Source: Thermococcus sp. JdFR-02
GTDB lineage: Archaea > Methanobacteriota_B > Thermococci > Thermococcales > Thermococcaceae
Direction: 5' to 3'
DNA: 64,000 bases
Assembly: GCA_002009975.1 (NCBI GenBank)
Contig: MTLP01000042.1
Coordinates: forward strand, 64,001 to 128,000
Shown: one piece after another, positions 20,983 through 31,313 of the stretch
Layout: the number at the start of each line of letters is the position of its first letter
Numbering within the stretch: position 1 is the stretch's first letter
The notes under the pieces: generated by a model
What the model saw: only the letters and a program-made list of their open reading frames with translations
The model's database searches: none
What the model was told of the DNA's origin: nothing
Program-made: the position numbers and the translations under genes

Positions 20983-21465
20983 TTAAGGTTTAAAGAATTT
21001 AAACAATAACAAAATCAGAGTCAACACTGCTAGAATAAAGCTATCACTAGAGAAAGCAATGTATTCACCTTTCGATTTGCTTGGATAGGCTGAAGAAAGC
21101 TTACTCTCAATTTTTATTTTTGGTAAGCTTCTAATTTCAATTTTTCCAGCTATCTTTATCCCAATGCCGAGTTTTTTAAAGGGATAAAATAGAGGAAGCA
21201 CACCGCTGAAAAGATCTAAAAGAAAGTGAAAGCAGAGCCCATATGTAAAATACCACAAATATTCCGATTTTGAGTAGAATGGGGCAAAGATGAATGGGAT
21301 TAAGAAGAATATGGAGTGAAAATAACTTCTGTGCTCCTCAAAGAACACGTCAAAATCTGGAGTTGTTGACCCAAGAACAACTAAAAAGACCTCTGTAAGT
21401 TGAAGCTCACCTTTAAGTGCAAAAATAAATAGCAGAGGAATTGTGACATGTTTTATTGGATCCAT
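20983..21465 (-). CDS. Membrane-bound metal-dependent hydrolase (YdjM-like)
   Basis: H...PD.D...HRSYFHS...H..LD motif with TM segments. Confidence 0.8.
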   Translation of the reverse strand: MDPIKHVTIPLLFIFALKGELQLTEVFLVVLGSTTPDFDVFFEEHRSYFHSIFFLIPFIFAPFYSKSEYLWYFTYGLCFHFLLDLFSGVLPLFYPFKKLGIGIKIAGKIEIRSLPKIKIESKLSSAYPSKSKGEYIAFSSDSFILAVLTLILLLFKFFKP

Positions 21466-21533
21466 TTTGCATCTCCCCAAATAATTTTTATATGATGGAA
21501 AAATAATAAACCTTAGCATCTTTGCGATAATGG

Positions 21534-22538
21534 GTGATAACTATGGTAGAAGCAATAAAAGAAGCTGAGATAAAAGAAGTTAAGATCCTTGAAAAGCCCT
21601 GGGTTGAAAAGTATAGACCTAAAGTACTTGATGATATTGTTGGTCAAGACCACATAGTTAGAAGGTTGAAACATTACGCTAGAACAGGAACAATGCCTCA
21701 TTTACTATTTGCGGGACCTCCTGGTGTTGGTAAAACTACTGCAGCCCTTTGTTTGGCGAGAGAACTCTTTGGCGAGCATTGGGGACATAACTTCCTCGAA
21801 TTGAACGCCTCAGATGAGAGAGGCATCAACGTCATTAGAGAGAAAGTTAAAGAATTTGCCAGAACAAAGCCAATTGGAGCAGCGAGCTTTAAGATTATCT
21901 TCTTAGATGAGGCAGACGCTTTAACCCAAGATGCCCAACAAGCATTGAGAAGAACTATGGAAATGTTCTCAAATAACGTCAGATTTATCCTGAGCTGTAA
22001 CTACTCCTCAAAAATCATTGAACCAATACAATCAAGATGTGCAATGTTTAGATTTAGACCACTAAAAGACGAAGACGTTGCAAAGCGTTTGAGATATATA
22101 GCAGAACAAGAAAGATTGGAATTAACAGAAGAAGGATTGCAAGCTCTTCTTTATGTTGCTGAAGGCGATTTGAGGAGAGCAATAAATGTTTTACAAGCTG
22201 CGGCTGCCTTAGATATAGTAATCACAGATGAAAATGTATTTACAGTTGCAAGTAGGGCAAGACCTGAAGATGTAAGAGAGATGATGATCTTGGCTTTAGA
22301 GGGCAACTTCTTAAAGGCAAGGGATAAGCTTAGGGAAATTCTACTTAAGCAAGGACTTAGTGGAGAAGACGTTATAATTCAGATGCACAAAGAAGTGTTT
22401 AATTTGCCAATAAGTGAACCAAAGAAGGTTGCCTTAGCAGATAAGATTGGAGAATACAACTTTAGACTTGTTGAGGGAGCAAATGAGATGATTCAATTGG
22501 AAGCCTTGCTCGCTCAATTTACACTGCTCGGAAAGTGA
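21534..22538 (+). CDS. rfcS: Replication factor C small subunit, intein-free
   Basis: [32 protein letters not shown]. Confidence 0.97.
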   Translation: MITMVEAIKEAEIKEVKILEKPWVEKYRPKVLDDIVGQDHIVRRLKHYARTGTMPHLLFAGPPGVGKTTAALCLARELFGEHWGHNFLELNASDERGINVIREKVKEFARTKPIGAASFKIIFLDEADALTQDAQQALRRTMEMFSNNVRFILSCNYSSKIIEPIQSRCAMFRFRPLKDEDVAKRLRYIAEQERLELTEEGLQALLYVAEGDLRRAINVLQAAAALDIVITDENVFTVASRARPEDVREMMILALEGNFLKARDKLREILLKQGLSGEDVIIQMHKEVFNLPISEPKKVALADKIGEYNFRLVEGANEMIQLEALLAQFTLLGK

Positions 22539-22544
22539 TGATCT

Positions 22545-23999
22545 ATGCTACCATGGACCGAAAAGTATAGACCAAAGAGACTTAGTGAAATTGTAAATCA
22601 AAAACAGGCTTTGATAAAGATAGAAAATTGGATTAAGCAGTGGTCTCATGGAATGCCAAAGAAAAAAGCTTTACTATTAGCTGGTCCTCCAGGTAGTGGG
22701 AAGACTTCCACAGTTTATGCTTTAGCTAACGAGTACAAGTTTGAGGTAATAGAACTTAACGCCAGTGATGAGAGAACTTTTGAAAAGATCAGGCGTTATT
22801 TAGATGCAGCATATACATTGGATGTCTTTGGAAGAAGGAGAAAGCTAATCTTCTTAGATGAAGTTGACAACATGGAGCCAAGTGGAGCTTATGAGATAGC
22901 AAAGCTCATAGGAAAGGCTAGAAATCCAATCATAATGTCAGCGAATAAATATTGGAAAGTTCCGATGGATATTAGAAACAAAGTAGAGATTGTTGAATAT
23001 AAGCGTTTAACTCAAAGGGACATAGAAAGTGCTCTTTGGAGAATTGTGAAAGCTGAAGGTCTTTTTGCTCCTAAGGAGATTATTAAAGAGATAGCTAAAA
23101 GGGCTAATGGGGATTTAAGAGCAGCAATAAATGATCTTCAAAGTGCTGTGGTAAGCATAGAAGATGCTAAGCAAATCTTAGTTTATAGAGACTCGGAGAG
23201 GTCAATATTCCAAGCATTGGGCATGATCTTTGGCAGCGACAATGTGAAAAGGGCAAAGATGGCGCTTATGAACGTTGACAATACACCAGATGAAGTTCTA
23301 TTGTGGATAGAAGAAAATATTCCTTATATGTACTCAACCCCTGAAGAAATTGCTAAAGCTTATGATGCAATTAGTAGAGCAGACATTTATTTGGGAAGGG
23401 CTACAACAACAGGAAACTATGGGTTATGGAAATATGCCATAGATATGATGACGGGTGGAGTTGCTGTTGCTGGAACAAAGAAAAGAGGTTTCCTGAAGTT
23501 TTATCCCCCAAAGACTCTTAGAATGCTTAAAGATACAAAAGAAGAAAGAGGAATCAGGGATTCAATAATTAGAAAGATAATGAAGCAGATGCACATGAGC
23601 AAATTAGAGGCTATTGAAACGATGCAGATATTCAAGTCAATTTTCGAGAACAATTTAGATGCAGCAGCTCATATAGCTGTTTTCTTAGATTTGGGAGATA
23701 AGGAGTTAGAGTTTTTAGCTGGAAAAGAAAAAGCCCCTACAATTAAAGGGAAAATGCTTGCAATTCATAGGAAGCTTAGGAAAGAGGGTATTGAAATCAA
23801 AGCTGAAGTAGAAGAGGTTCCAAAGATTGAAGAGGAAGAAATGGTAGAGGAGGAGCTAAAAGAGAAAGAAAAAGGTGAAGAGGAAATAGAAGAAGCTGAG
23901 GAAGAGGTTAAAGAAAAAGAGAAGGCTAAAGAGGAAAAAGTCGAAGAAAAAGAAAAGAAGCCAAAGCAAGCAACCCTCTTTGACTTTATAAAGAAGTAG
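22545..23999 (+). CDS. rfcL: Replication factor C large subunit
   Basis: [22 protein letters not shown], Glu/Lys-rich tail, PIP box QATLFDF. Confidence 0.96.
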   Translation: MLPWTEKYRPKRLSEIVNQKQALIKIENWIKQWSHGMPKKKALLLAGPPGSGKTSTVYALANEYKFEVIELNASDERTFEKIRRYLDAAYTLDVFGRRRKLIFLDEVDNMEPSGAYEIAKLIGKARNPIIMSANKYWKVPMDIRNKVEIVEYKRLTQRDIESALWRIVKAEGLFAPKEIIKEIAKRANGDLRAAINDLQSAVVSIEDAKQILVYRDSERSIFQALGMIFGSDNVKRAKMALMNVDNTPDEVLLWIEENIPYMYSTPEEIAKAYDAISRADIYLGRATTTGNYGLWKYAIDMMTGGVAVAGTKKRGFLKFYPPKTLRMLKDTKEERGIRDSIIRKIMKQMHMSKLEAIETMQIFKSIFENNLDAAAHIAVFLDLGDKELEFLAGKEKAPTIKGKMLAIHRKLRKEGIEIKAEVEEVPKIEEEEMVEEELKEKEKGEEEIEEAEEEVKEKEKAKEEKVEEKEKKPKQATLFDFIKK

Positions 24000-24055
24000 C
24001 GCTCTCCTCCTACCGCAAACTTTATATTTGATTTACAAGCCTAATACCTTTGGGC

Positions 24056-24132
24056 GGGCCCGTGGTCTAGCTGGTTATGACGCCACCCTTACGAGGTGGA
24101 GGTCCGGGGTTCGAATCCCCGCGGGCCCACCA
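24056..24132 (+). tRNA. tRNA-Val(TAC), CCA encoded, no intron
   Basis: Acceptor GGGCCCG/CGGGCCC-ACCA, anticodon arm CCACC-CTTACGA-GGTGG, GGTTCGAATCC T-arm; TTTATA box at about 24021. Confidence 0.97.
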
Positions 24133-24197
24133 GCTGTTCTGAAAAATTTGCACAACTCTTTTAAAACACTCTTAGATATTGTGTTCGGTGGTGAGAG

Positions 24198-25973
24198 ATG
24201 AGAGTTGCGGTCATAGATTACGATAAATGTAACCCAGATAAGTGCGGTCATTTTTTATGTGCTAGGGTATGTCCCGTTAATAGAATGGGAGGAGAGGCTA
24301 TAATAATTGACGAGGAAAATTACAAGCCAATAATTCAAGAAGCCTCATGCACTGGTTGTGGAATTTGTGTTCATAAATGTCCCTTTAATGCGATAACGAT
24401 TGTGAACCTCCCAGAAGAGCTTGATGAGGATTGTGTTCATAGATATGGTGTAAATGCCTTTGTATTGTATCGCTTGCCTGTTGTTAAGAAGGGAACTGTA
24501 GTGGGTATCTTAGGTCCAAACGGTACAGGTAAGACAACTGCTGTTAGAATATTATCCGGAGAAATCATTCCAAACCTTTGTGGCTTTAATGATAGCTGGG
24601 ATAATGTAATTAAAGCTTTTAGGGGAAACGAACTTCAAAATTACTTTGAGAAGCTTAAGAATAGAGAAATTAAAACTGTTGTAAAGCCCCAATATGTTGA
24701 CTTAATTCCAAAAGCTGTTAAAGGAAAGGTCAGAGATTTGCTTAAGAGGGCAGACCAAAGGGGAATTTTGGATAAGCTGATTAAAGAGCTTGAGCTTGAA
24801 AACGTTTTAGATAGGGAAATACAGCATTTAAGTGGTGGAGAGTTGCAGAGAGTTGCTATAGCTGCTGCAATGGCAAGGGATGCGAGCTTTTACTTCTTTG
24901 ATGAGCCTTCATCCTACTTAGATATCAGACAAAGGCTTAAAGCTGCAAAGGCTATTAGGAGACTAGCTGAAGAGGAAAAAGCCGTCCTTGTAGTAGAACA
25001 CGATCTGGCTGTTTTGGATTACTTAAGCGATATTATTCACGTAGTCTATGGTAAACCCGGCGCTTATGGTATTTTCTCAATGCCAAAGGGAACTAGAGTA
25101 GGTATTAATGTGTTCCTCAATGGTTATCTTCCAGATGAAAATGTTAGATTCAGACCCTATGAGATAAGATTCACAAAGAAAAGCGAAAGAAAAAGCCAAG
25201 TGGGTGAAGTTTTAGTTGAGTATCCAGATTTGGTTAAAGATTATGGAGAGTTTAAGCTTGAAGTAGAAGGTGGGGAGTTGTACAAAGGAGAAGTCGTTGG
25301 AATTGTAGGTCCTAATGGTATCGGTAAGACCACCTTTGTTAAAATGCTTGCAGGAGTAGAAGAGCCAACACAAGGGAAAGTCGAGTGGGAGCTTGAGGTT
25401 AGCTACAAGCCTCAATACATCAAAGCAGATTATGAAGGGACTGTTTTTGAGCTTTTAAGCAAAATAGATGCTGCTAAACTTATGTCAAACTTCTATAAGA
25501 CAGAACTTTTAAACCCCTTAGGGATTCCTGATTTATATGATAGAAAGGTCGAAGAGCTTAGTGGTGGAGAACTGCAAAGGGTAGCAATAACGGCTTGTCT
25601 CTTAAGAGACGCTGACCTCTACTTAATTGATGAGCCATCAGCTTATTTAGATGTAGAACAAAGATTAGCGGTTTCGAGAGCAATTAGACACTTAATGGAG
25701 AAGAACGAAAAGACAGCATTGGTTGTAGAGCACGATGTTTTGATGATTGATTACATAAGTGATCGCTTAATGGTCTTTGAAGGAGAGCCAGGAAAGCATG
25801 GTAGAGCTTTGAAACCAATGGGGATGAGAGAGGGAATGAACCGCTTTTTAGCCAATATTGGAGTTACATTTAGGAGAGACCCAGAAACAGGAAGACCAAG
25901 AGCTAATAAAGAAGGAAGCGTTAAGGATAGGGAGCAAAAGGAAATTGGTGAATACTATTATGTTGAAACTTAA
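24198..25973 (+). CDS. Ribosome recycling ATPase ABCE1/Rli1
   Basis: N-terminal Fe-S domain, two NBDs with LSGGELQR, FRRD. Confidence 0.96.
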   Translation: MRVAVIDYDKCNPDKCGHFLCARVCPVNRMGGEAIIIDEENYKPIIQEASCTGCGICVHKCPFNAITIVNLPEELDEDCVHRYGVNAFVLYRLPVVKKGTVVGILGPNGTGKTTAVRILSGEIIPNLCGFNDSWDNVIKAFRGNELQNYFEKLKNREIKTVVKPQYVDLIPKAVKGKVRDLLKRADQRGILDKLIKELELENVLDREIQHLSGGELQRVAIAAAMARDASFYFFDEPSSYLDIRQRLKAAKAIRRLAEEEKAVLVVEHDLAVLDYLSDIIHVVYGKPGAYGIFSMPKGTRVGINVFLNGYLPDENVRFRPYEIRFTKKSERKSQVGEVLVEYPDLVKDYGEFKLEVEGGELYKGEVVGIVGPNGIGKTTFVKMLAGVEEPTQGKVEWELEVSYKPQYIKADYEGTVFELLSKIDAAKLMSNFYKTELLNPLGIPDLYDRKVEELSGGELQRVAITACLLRDADLYLIDEPSAYLDVEQRLAVSRAIRHLMEKNEKTALVVEHDVLMIDYISDRLMVFEGEPGKHGRALKPMGMREGMNRFLANIGVTFRRDPETGRPRANKEGSVKDREQKEIGEYYYVET

Positions 25974-26035
25974 TCTCTTTTATTTTTAAGGCAAATCTTA
26001 ATTTACCTTAATGCCATATTTATTTGGGTGATTGC

Positions 26036-26425
26036 ATGAGTGGAGTGCAAATTTTCACTGAAAATGCTCCAAAGCCAATTGGACCTTATAGTCAGGCAAT
26101 ATTGGTTAAGAATCCAAAGAATTTGCTTTTTATAGCTGGACAGATTCCCATTAATCCCAAGACTGGTGAAATAGTTAAAGGAGACATAAAAGAGCAGGCA
26201 AGACAAGCAATTGAGAACCTAGTTGCAATTCTTAGAGAGTCTGGAGCAACCATTGACGATGTTGTTAAGGTGACTGTTTATCTAAAGGATATTAACGATT
26301 TCCAAGCCTTCAATGAAGTTTATTCAGAGTATTTTGGAAAGTCAAAACCGGCAAGGGCTGTTGTAGAAGTCTCAAATTTACCAAAGGGAGTAAAGATCGA
26401 AATAGAAGCAATTGCCGCTTTTTGA
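26036..26425 (+). CDS. ridA: RidA (YjgF/YER057c) enamine deaminase
   Basis: [29 protein letters not shown]. Confidence 0.92.
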   Translation: MSGVQIFTENAPKPIGPYSQAILVKNPKNLLFIAGQIPINPKTGEIVKGDIKEQARQAIENLVAILRESGATIDDVVKVTVYLKDINDFQAFNEVYSEYFGKSKPARAVVEVSNLPKGVKIEIEAIAAF

Positions 26426-26492
26426 CTAGTTAATTTAGCTTTTTATTTTTAGCAACATAAATGTTATAATGCACTCTTGATAATTTTCTTTT

Positions 26493-27089
26493 GTGATTAG
26501 AATGATAAGTCCAGGTGCTATAGTCCTCTTATTTCCCGAAGATTTTGCTAGAGAGAATAAGTCACTTAGGAAAGGCATGAAATATTTTGAATGGCAGAAG
26601 AGATATGATGCTTATGATGTAGCTTATGCTATAGTGGGAATTACCTTAGCCGATCTTATTAGAGAAGGTTATATCGAGCTGAATATCAAAAAAGGCTTTT
26701 TTGGAAAAAAGGTTGTCTTTACAAGAAGAAGGGCGATTCCAAAGGACTATGGCGTTGTCATTAGGGGATTAAACTCCATAGAAATATATAAGGAAACAGA
26801 ACTTAGATCCGCTCTTTTCCTGTCATTTCCAGTTTCAAGATTTCCTGCAGCGGCTCTTGGGGTATACATAATCCAAAAAGAGCTAAAAGGTGAAGATGTG
26901 AAGAAATTAAGGGAAGACCCAGAAATCAAGAGAAGAAAAGATGAGTTAAAGCTAATTTTTGAAAGCTTTAAACAGCAAAATGAAGAGCTTTGGAAAAGGA
27001 TTGTGAAGGAGATAGATAAGGCATTTGATTTAGTTAAAGGAAAAGAAGGGCATGTGCTGTATACACCTCTCGACATGCTGGAAGGATAA
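26493..27089 (+). CDS. Hypothetical protein
   Basis: Long ORF, 2 nt from JAMM gene; LADL...G.IEL segment suggests a winged-helix/GPP34-like fold (weak). Confidence 0.65.
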   Translation: MIRMISPGAIVLLFPEDFARENKSLRKGMKYFEWQKRYDAYDVAYAIVGITLADLIREGYIELNIKKGFFGKKVVFTRRRAIPKDYGVVIRGLNSIEIYKETELRSALFLSFPVSRFPAAALGVYIIQKELKGEDVKKLREDPEIKRRKDELKLIFESFKQQNEELWKRIVKEIDKAFDLVKGKEGHVLYTPLDMLEG

Positions 27090-27091
27090 AG

Positions 27092-27460
27092 ATGAAAGTA
27101 AGGATTAGGAAAGCTCTTCTAGATTATCTGCTCCAATTAGCGAGAGAATTTTATCCAAATGAATTTGGAGGATTTTTAAGAGAAAAGAAGGGCGTTTTCG
27201 AAGAGGTTTTGATAATTCCCAAAGGGTACTTTGGAAAAGGCTCGATTTTCTTTGATACTTGGCTTTTACCTCATGATGAGAGCATAAAGGGGACTGTGCA
27301 TTCACATCCATTACCTAGCTCAAAGCCTTCAAAAGCAGATTTGCACTTTTTCTCAAAATTCGGTGGGGTTCATCTGATACTGTCATATCCATTTAATGAA
27401 AGAAGTGTCAAAGCTTATACAAGCGATGGAAGAGAAATTAAAATAGAAATAGTAGATTAA
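27092..27460 (+). CDS. JAB1/MPN+ (JAMM) metalloprotease
   Basis: YP.E..G, HSHP...PS.AD motif. Confidence 0.9.
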   Translation: MKVRIRKALLDYLLQLAREFYPNEFGGFLREKKGVFEEVLIIPKGYFGKGSIFFDTWLLPHDESIKGTVHSHPLPSSKPSKADLHFFSKFGGVHLILSYPFNERSVKAYTSDGREIKIEIVD

Positions 27461-28287
27461 GGAATTAATTCAACCCAGTTTTCTTTAGCTCCCCTAATTA
27501 TCTTAACGAGTCCCTGCTTTTCAAGTCTTTGGAACATTCTCCATGCAGTTGTTTTTGGAATTCCTAAAGCTTTTCTAACCTCTGCCTGACTTGCCCTTCC
27601 ACCTTTGTTCAATATATACAGCAAAGCCTTTTGCTCTTCTTCATTTAGGTTATACTTCCTCATCTTTTTTAAATAGAGGTCTTTGTTTATTTGACCTGGT
27701 TCACGTTTCTTGGGTTTTCTAATAAATATTAATAATAAACCAGCGATTATAGCTAACCCCACAATTATTCCATAAATAACATTTGTAGGTCTTTCTTCAA
27801 TCCCCATGCTTTTTAAAGTGTATCCTATACTTTGGTTACCCTCTGGCATTGAGAGCGTATTTGCACTTATTGAGAGGGGTATATCACTCAATTCGACGAT
27901 AATGGCATCTTCAGGCAGTATAACACTAAAAGGATATGGAGAGCTTACATTTAACGTCCAAACTAGCCCCTCCTTATTAGTTAAATCGGAAGTATAGTAG
28001 GAGATCTTTATTATTTGGGCGTCTCCAACATAGATTATAATCTCATTTCCATTAACTTCAAAATTGAGGGGATCATCATTTTCATCTACAACAAATAAGT
28101 TTTCATAATCCTTCCCCAGAAGGGGAACTGTTATTTGGGTAACATATTCTTCGGGAATTATTTGATACTCAACCTTAACATAACCATCTCTGTAAACAAT
28201 TAATTCTAAATTTGAAACAGTAAATTCTGCATTAACCCAAGGGAAGACTATTAAGATTAGAGAGATTAAAGCGAGTATCCTTTTCAT
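27457..28287 (-). CDS. Membrane-anchored winged-HTH regulator (COG2512-like)
   Basis: Signal peptide, beta-rich extracellular domain, one TM, C-terminal GGR.SQAEVRKALGIPKTTAWR...LE..GLV. Confidence 0.82.
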   Translation of the reverse strand: MKRILALISLILIVFPWVNAEFTVSNLELIVYRDGYVKVEYQIIPEEYVTQITVPLLGKDYENLFVVDENDDPLNFEVNGNEIIIYVGDAQIIKISYYTSDLTNKEGLVWTLNVSSPYPFSVILPEDAIIVELSDIPLSISANTLSMPEGNQSIGYTLKSMGIEERPTNVIYGIIVGLAIIAGLLLIFIRKPKKREPGQINKDLYLKKMRKYNLNEEEQKALLYILNKGGRASQAEVRKALGIPKTTAWRMFQRLEKQGLVKIIRGAKENWVELIP

Positions 28288-28319
28288 TTAGCCACCTCCA
28301 AAGTAAAAAATAAAGGAAG

Positions 28320-29519
28320 TCAGCTGTGTAGTAAAATAAACTTCTCCACGTTATAGAGCAGCTTTAAGGTTATTGCAAAGTGTGACTTTGCCATAGCAAC
28401 TTTTCCTTCTTTTAGCATTCTGATTCCTATTTGCATTTCTTGAATTGCAGTCCTTAACTCTATTTCCGCTCTTCTTGTGTTAACGCCTCTTTGTCTTAAA
28501 ACTTCCAAAGCCCTTATATCCTTCCTAATTCTTTCTGTTGTTTCTCTTATGAAGACTTTTGCATCCATTTTAATCTTCTGTTCTGTTATTCTTTCACGTA
28601 TTCTTTGTAAACCTTTGAAAAACATGTCAATTTTGATTCTGTTCTCTTTGATGACCTCTAATGCCTCTTCCCATCTTTCCTGATCTGCTAGACTTTTAAC
28701 TTCTTCATAAATTGCTTTCATTTCCTCAAGCTTTGCCTCGGCTTCACTCGTGTCAATACCTTTAAGCTTAGCCTCTTGAATACTTCTTTCTGCAAATTTG
28801 ATTCCATTTTCTGTTCTAATTAGGAAATCCTTTACGATCTTATCCGCGTTCATATAGGCAAGTTGTTCCCTTATCTTTCTCAACTCTTCATCTAAAGCAA
28901 CTTTCTTTTCCTGTGCAATCTCTAAATCCTGTTTAGCCTTTTCAAAATCTTTTGCTTTCAAGTCATCCAAAACGACTTTATATGCTTCCCTAGTTTCATT
29001 ATATAGGTGGGTTATGTTGGATACATCTATACCTTGATTTTCCGCTATTTTAATGGTCCTCTCAACGAATCTGAAGTATTCCACCATTCTGTTAATCATT
29101 CCAAAGATTCTTTCTCTATACTCATTAATCCTTTCCCTTCCCTCTTTTAACTGGATTAATACGAGTTTATAATGGCGCATTGCAGTTAATGCATCAAGAA
29201 TTGAGTTGTAGTAATCACCATTGTTAAACTCTTCAATTGCCTTATCCTTAAGCTCTTCTCCTTTTTCATAATGGAAAAGTATTGTGGAGTTTTCAGGTAG
29301 TTTGTCTCTAATTGGTTCTATTCTTTTAGTTGTAAATTCACTTAGCTTTTCTAAGTGTGAAATTAAGCGTTGAGCAATGACTTCTTCTCTATTTGTGGCA
29401 TTTTCGTCTAATGTAAATTCTGGAACTTCTGTGGTTGTTGTGTTCCCTTCATCTGCAACTGCAAGGGGCACTATACTGCCAATCAACAAAAGCACCAGTG
29501 CCAAAGCACTCCCCTTCAT
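28320..29519 (-). CDS. Exported long coiled-coil protein
   Basis: Signal peptide, NTTTT linker, repeated helical units with G(I/V)(D/N)(V/T) turns. Confidence 0.75.
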   Translation of the reverse strand: MKGSALALVLLLIGSIVPLAVADEGNTTTTEVPEFTLDENATNREEVIAQRLISHLEKLSEFTTKRIEPIRDKLPENSTILFHYEKGEELKDKAIEEFNNGDYYNSILDALTAMRHYKLVLIQLKEGRERINEYRERIFGMINRMVEYFRFVERTIKIAENQGIDVSNITHLYNETREAYKVVLDDLKAKDFEKAKQDLEIAQEKKVALDEELRKIREQLAYMNADKIVKDFLIRTENGIKFAERSIQEAKLKGIDTSEAEAKLEEMKAIYEEVKSLADQERWEEALEVIKENRIKIDMFFKGLQRIRERITEQKIKMDAKVFIRETTERIRKDIRALEVLRQRGVNTRRAEIELRTAIQEMQIGIRMLKEGKVAMAKSHFAITLKLLYNVEKFILLHS

Positions 29520-29574
29520 GGGCATCACCAAATATGAATGGAATCTCAACTTATTTTAGGGACTCGATGAAAAG

Positions 29575-29592
29575 AACGTTCCGAAACGTTCC
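29575..29592. promoter_or_regulatory. Tandem AACGTTCC repeat with 10-bp period, putative operator
   Basis: AACGTTCC-GA-AACGTTCC about 55-70 bp upstream of the coiled-coil/regulator operon. Confidence 0.45.
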
Positions 29593-29748
29593 ACTCTGAA
29601 ATTATGCTTATATCTTGAAGTATTTAACTTTTTTGGGCAAAATAGAATTTCCTTTTGTTTCATATTACATTCTCCTCATACTCTGAAAACAACTTGTAAA
29701 GCCCAAACTTAAAAGTGCTATTATGCTCTAATAGAAAAAATGAAATTT

Positions 29749-30504
29749 TTAGGGAATAGCAAAACCAAGTCCCTTCAAAATCATTCTAATTGCAATTAGG
29801 ATGAGTATAGCTGAAAAGCCCATTTTAAGATTATCTGGATGCATATTGTGAGCAATTCTAGCTCCCAAAAAGCCTCCTAATATCAACCCTGGTGCTAGTA
29901 GAATGGCTTTATCAAGATGAACTTGTCCAAGATTGTAATGTCCAATTACTCCAGATAGAGCTGTGAAAAACAAAGCAACACTTGAGGTGCCAATGGCATA
30001 ACGAATTGGGATACCCAATGAATGAAAAAGTGGAACGTTTAAAATCCCACCACTTATTCCTAAAAGCCCAGAAGAGAAGCCGGAAATAATACCAACCACT
30101 GGAACCTTCTTGTAATCCACTTTAACCTTTTTCTTGTTTGAGATTATCCCAGACTTTTTCATCAGTTTGTAGGCAGCACATGCCAAAGCTAAGCCAAATA
30201 TTACGCTTAATTGCTTTGTATTCAGAAATATTGTTAGGTAAGCACCAAAGAATGCAGATGGAATTGAGAAGCTCTCCTTTAGTATCACAACTTTAAATAG
30301 AACATTTTTTCGCTTTAAATGACCATAAGCAGATGCAAAAGAACTCATAACTATACACGCCAAACTAGTTCCAATTGCATCTTGAATAGGCAAGCCCATG
30401 AGAGTTAGGACAGGGACTATCAAAAAACCGCCGCCAATTCCAAACAGGCCAGCAAGCAAGCCTATGAGGAAGCCTATGGAAATGTCAAGGATATACTGAA
30501 GCAT
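29749..30504 (-). CDS. TauE/SafE (TSUP) family transporter
   Basis: G.FG.GGGFLIVP, AIGTS repeated in two halves. Confidence 0.9.
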   Translation of the reverse strand: MLQYILDISIGFLIGLLAGLFGIGGGFLIVPVLTLMGLPIQDAIGTSLACIVMSSFASAYGHLKRKNVLFKVVILKESFSIPSAFFGAYLTIFLNTKQLSVIFGLALACAAYKLMKKSGIISNKKKVKVDYKKVPVVGIISGFSSGLLGISGGILNVPLFHSLGIPIRYAIGTSSVALFFTALSGVIGHYNLGQVHLDKAILLAPGLILGGFLGARIAHNMHPDNLKMGFSAILILIAIRMILKGLGFAIP

Positions 30505-30536
30505 AGAAAGAGTAAAAGGAAAAATAGTTTTAAAGG

Positions 30537-31301
30537 TTACGGAATCACAATCCCTAACCCTTTTAAAATCATCCTCAATGCCAGCAAAGCCAAAACTACT
30601 GCGAAGGCTCTCTTTAGACTACTTGCTTTTGTTTTCTTCGCTATCCTTGCCCCTAACTGTGCTCCAACCATTAACCCTGGCACTAGAAGGATTAACCACT
30701 GGAACTCAACGTTTCCGAGCAAATAGTGTTTAGCTGCACCACTCATGGCTGTGAAGAATATAGCAAAACTTGAAGTTGCTACTGCATAGTGTATTGGCAA
30801 ACCAAGATGAACTAAGAAAGGAACGTTTATTATTCCCCCACCGACACCGAGCAGACCTGAGGCTATTCCTGCAAAAAAACCACCAATTGGTATTATCTTG
30901 TAATTAAGCTTGACCTCTTCTAATTTAATCTCTTCAGGCTCTCTTGTTCTTCCTCTAAAAATCCTTATGGCAACCAATATTAAAGCGGCACCAAAGATAA
31001 CCTTAAGCTGAGCTGGATTTAAAAACGACGTTAGCCAAGCACCTATGTAAGCACCAAATATAGCGGGAATAGCTAGTAGTATTCCAGCTTTGTAATGAAT
31101 TCTTTTCTGCTTTGAGTAAGCTATTGCTGATGAGAAAGATGTAAAGACTATTGCCGCTGAGGAAGTTCCAACAGCATGGTGAATCTCGACTCCTAAAATG
31201 TTGAGTGTTGGAACTATTAAAAATCCTCCTCCAAGACCAAAGAGGGCAGCTAAAATACCTATAAAGACGCCAACAGCAAAGTAAGAGATGTATTTAAGCA
31301 C
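30537..31301 (-). CDS. TauE/SafE (TSUP) family transporter, tandem paralog
   Basis: LFGLGGGFLIVP, AVGTS, GVGGG. Confidence 0.9.
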   Translation of the reverse strand: MLKYISYFAVGVFIGILAALFGLGGGFLIVPTLNILGVEIHHAVGTSSAAIVFTSFSSAIAYSKQKRIHYKAGILLAIPAIFGAYIGAWLTSFLNPAQLKVIFGAALILVAIRIFRGRTREPEEIKLEEVKLNYKIIPIGGFFAGIASGLLGVGGGIINVPFLVHLGLPIHYAVATSSFAIFFTAMSGAAKHYLLGNVEFQWLILLVPGLMVGAQLGARIAKKTKASSLKRAFAVVLALLALRMILKGLGIVIP

Positions 31302-31313
31302 CTAATCACCTCC

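Noticed and set aside
23800-23965. Purine-rich low-complexity tract
   Set aside because: Encodes the normal Glu/Lys linker before the RfcL PIP box
24056-24132. tRNA-Val as a possible integration site
   Set aside because: Flanked by core genes; no integrase and no duplicated tRNA 3' end noticed in the window
29566-29600. ATGAAAA...CTGA as a possible C/D sRNA
   Set aside because: Too short, poor C box, no internal boxes; better explained as a direct-repeat operator
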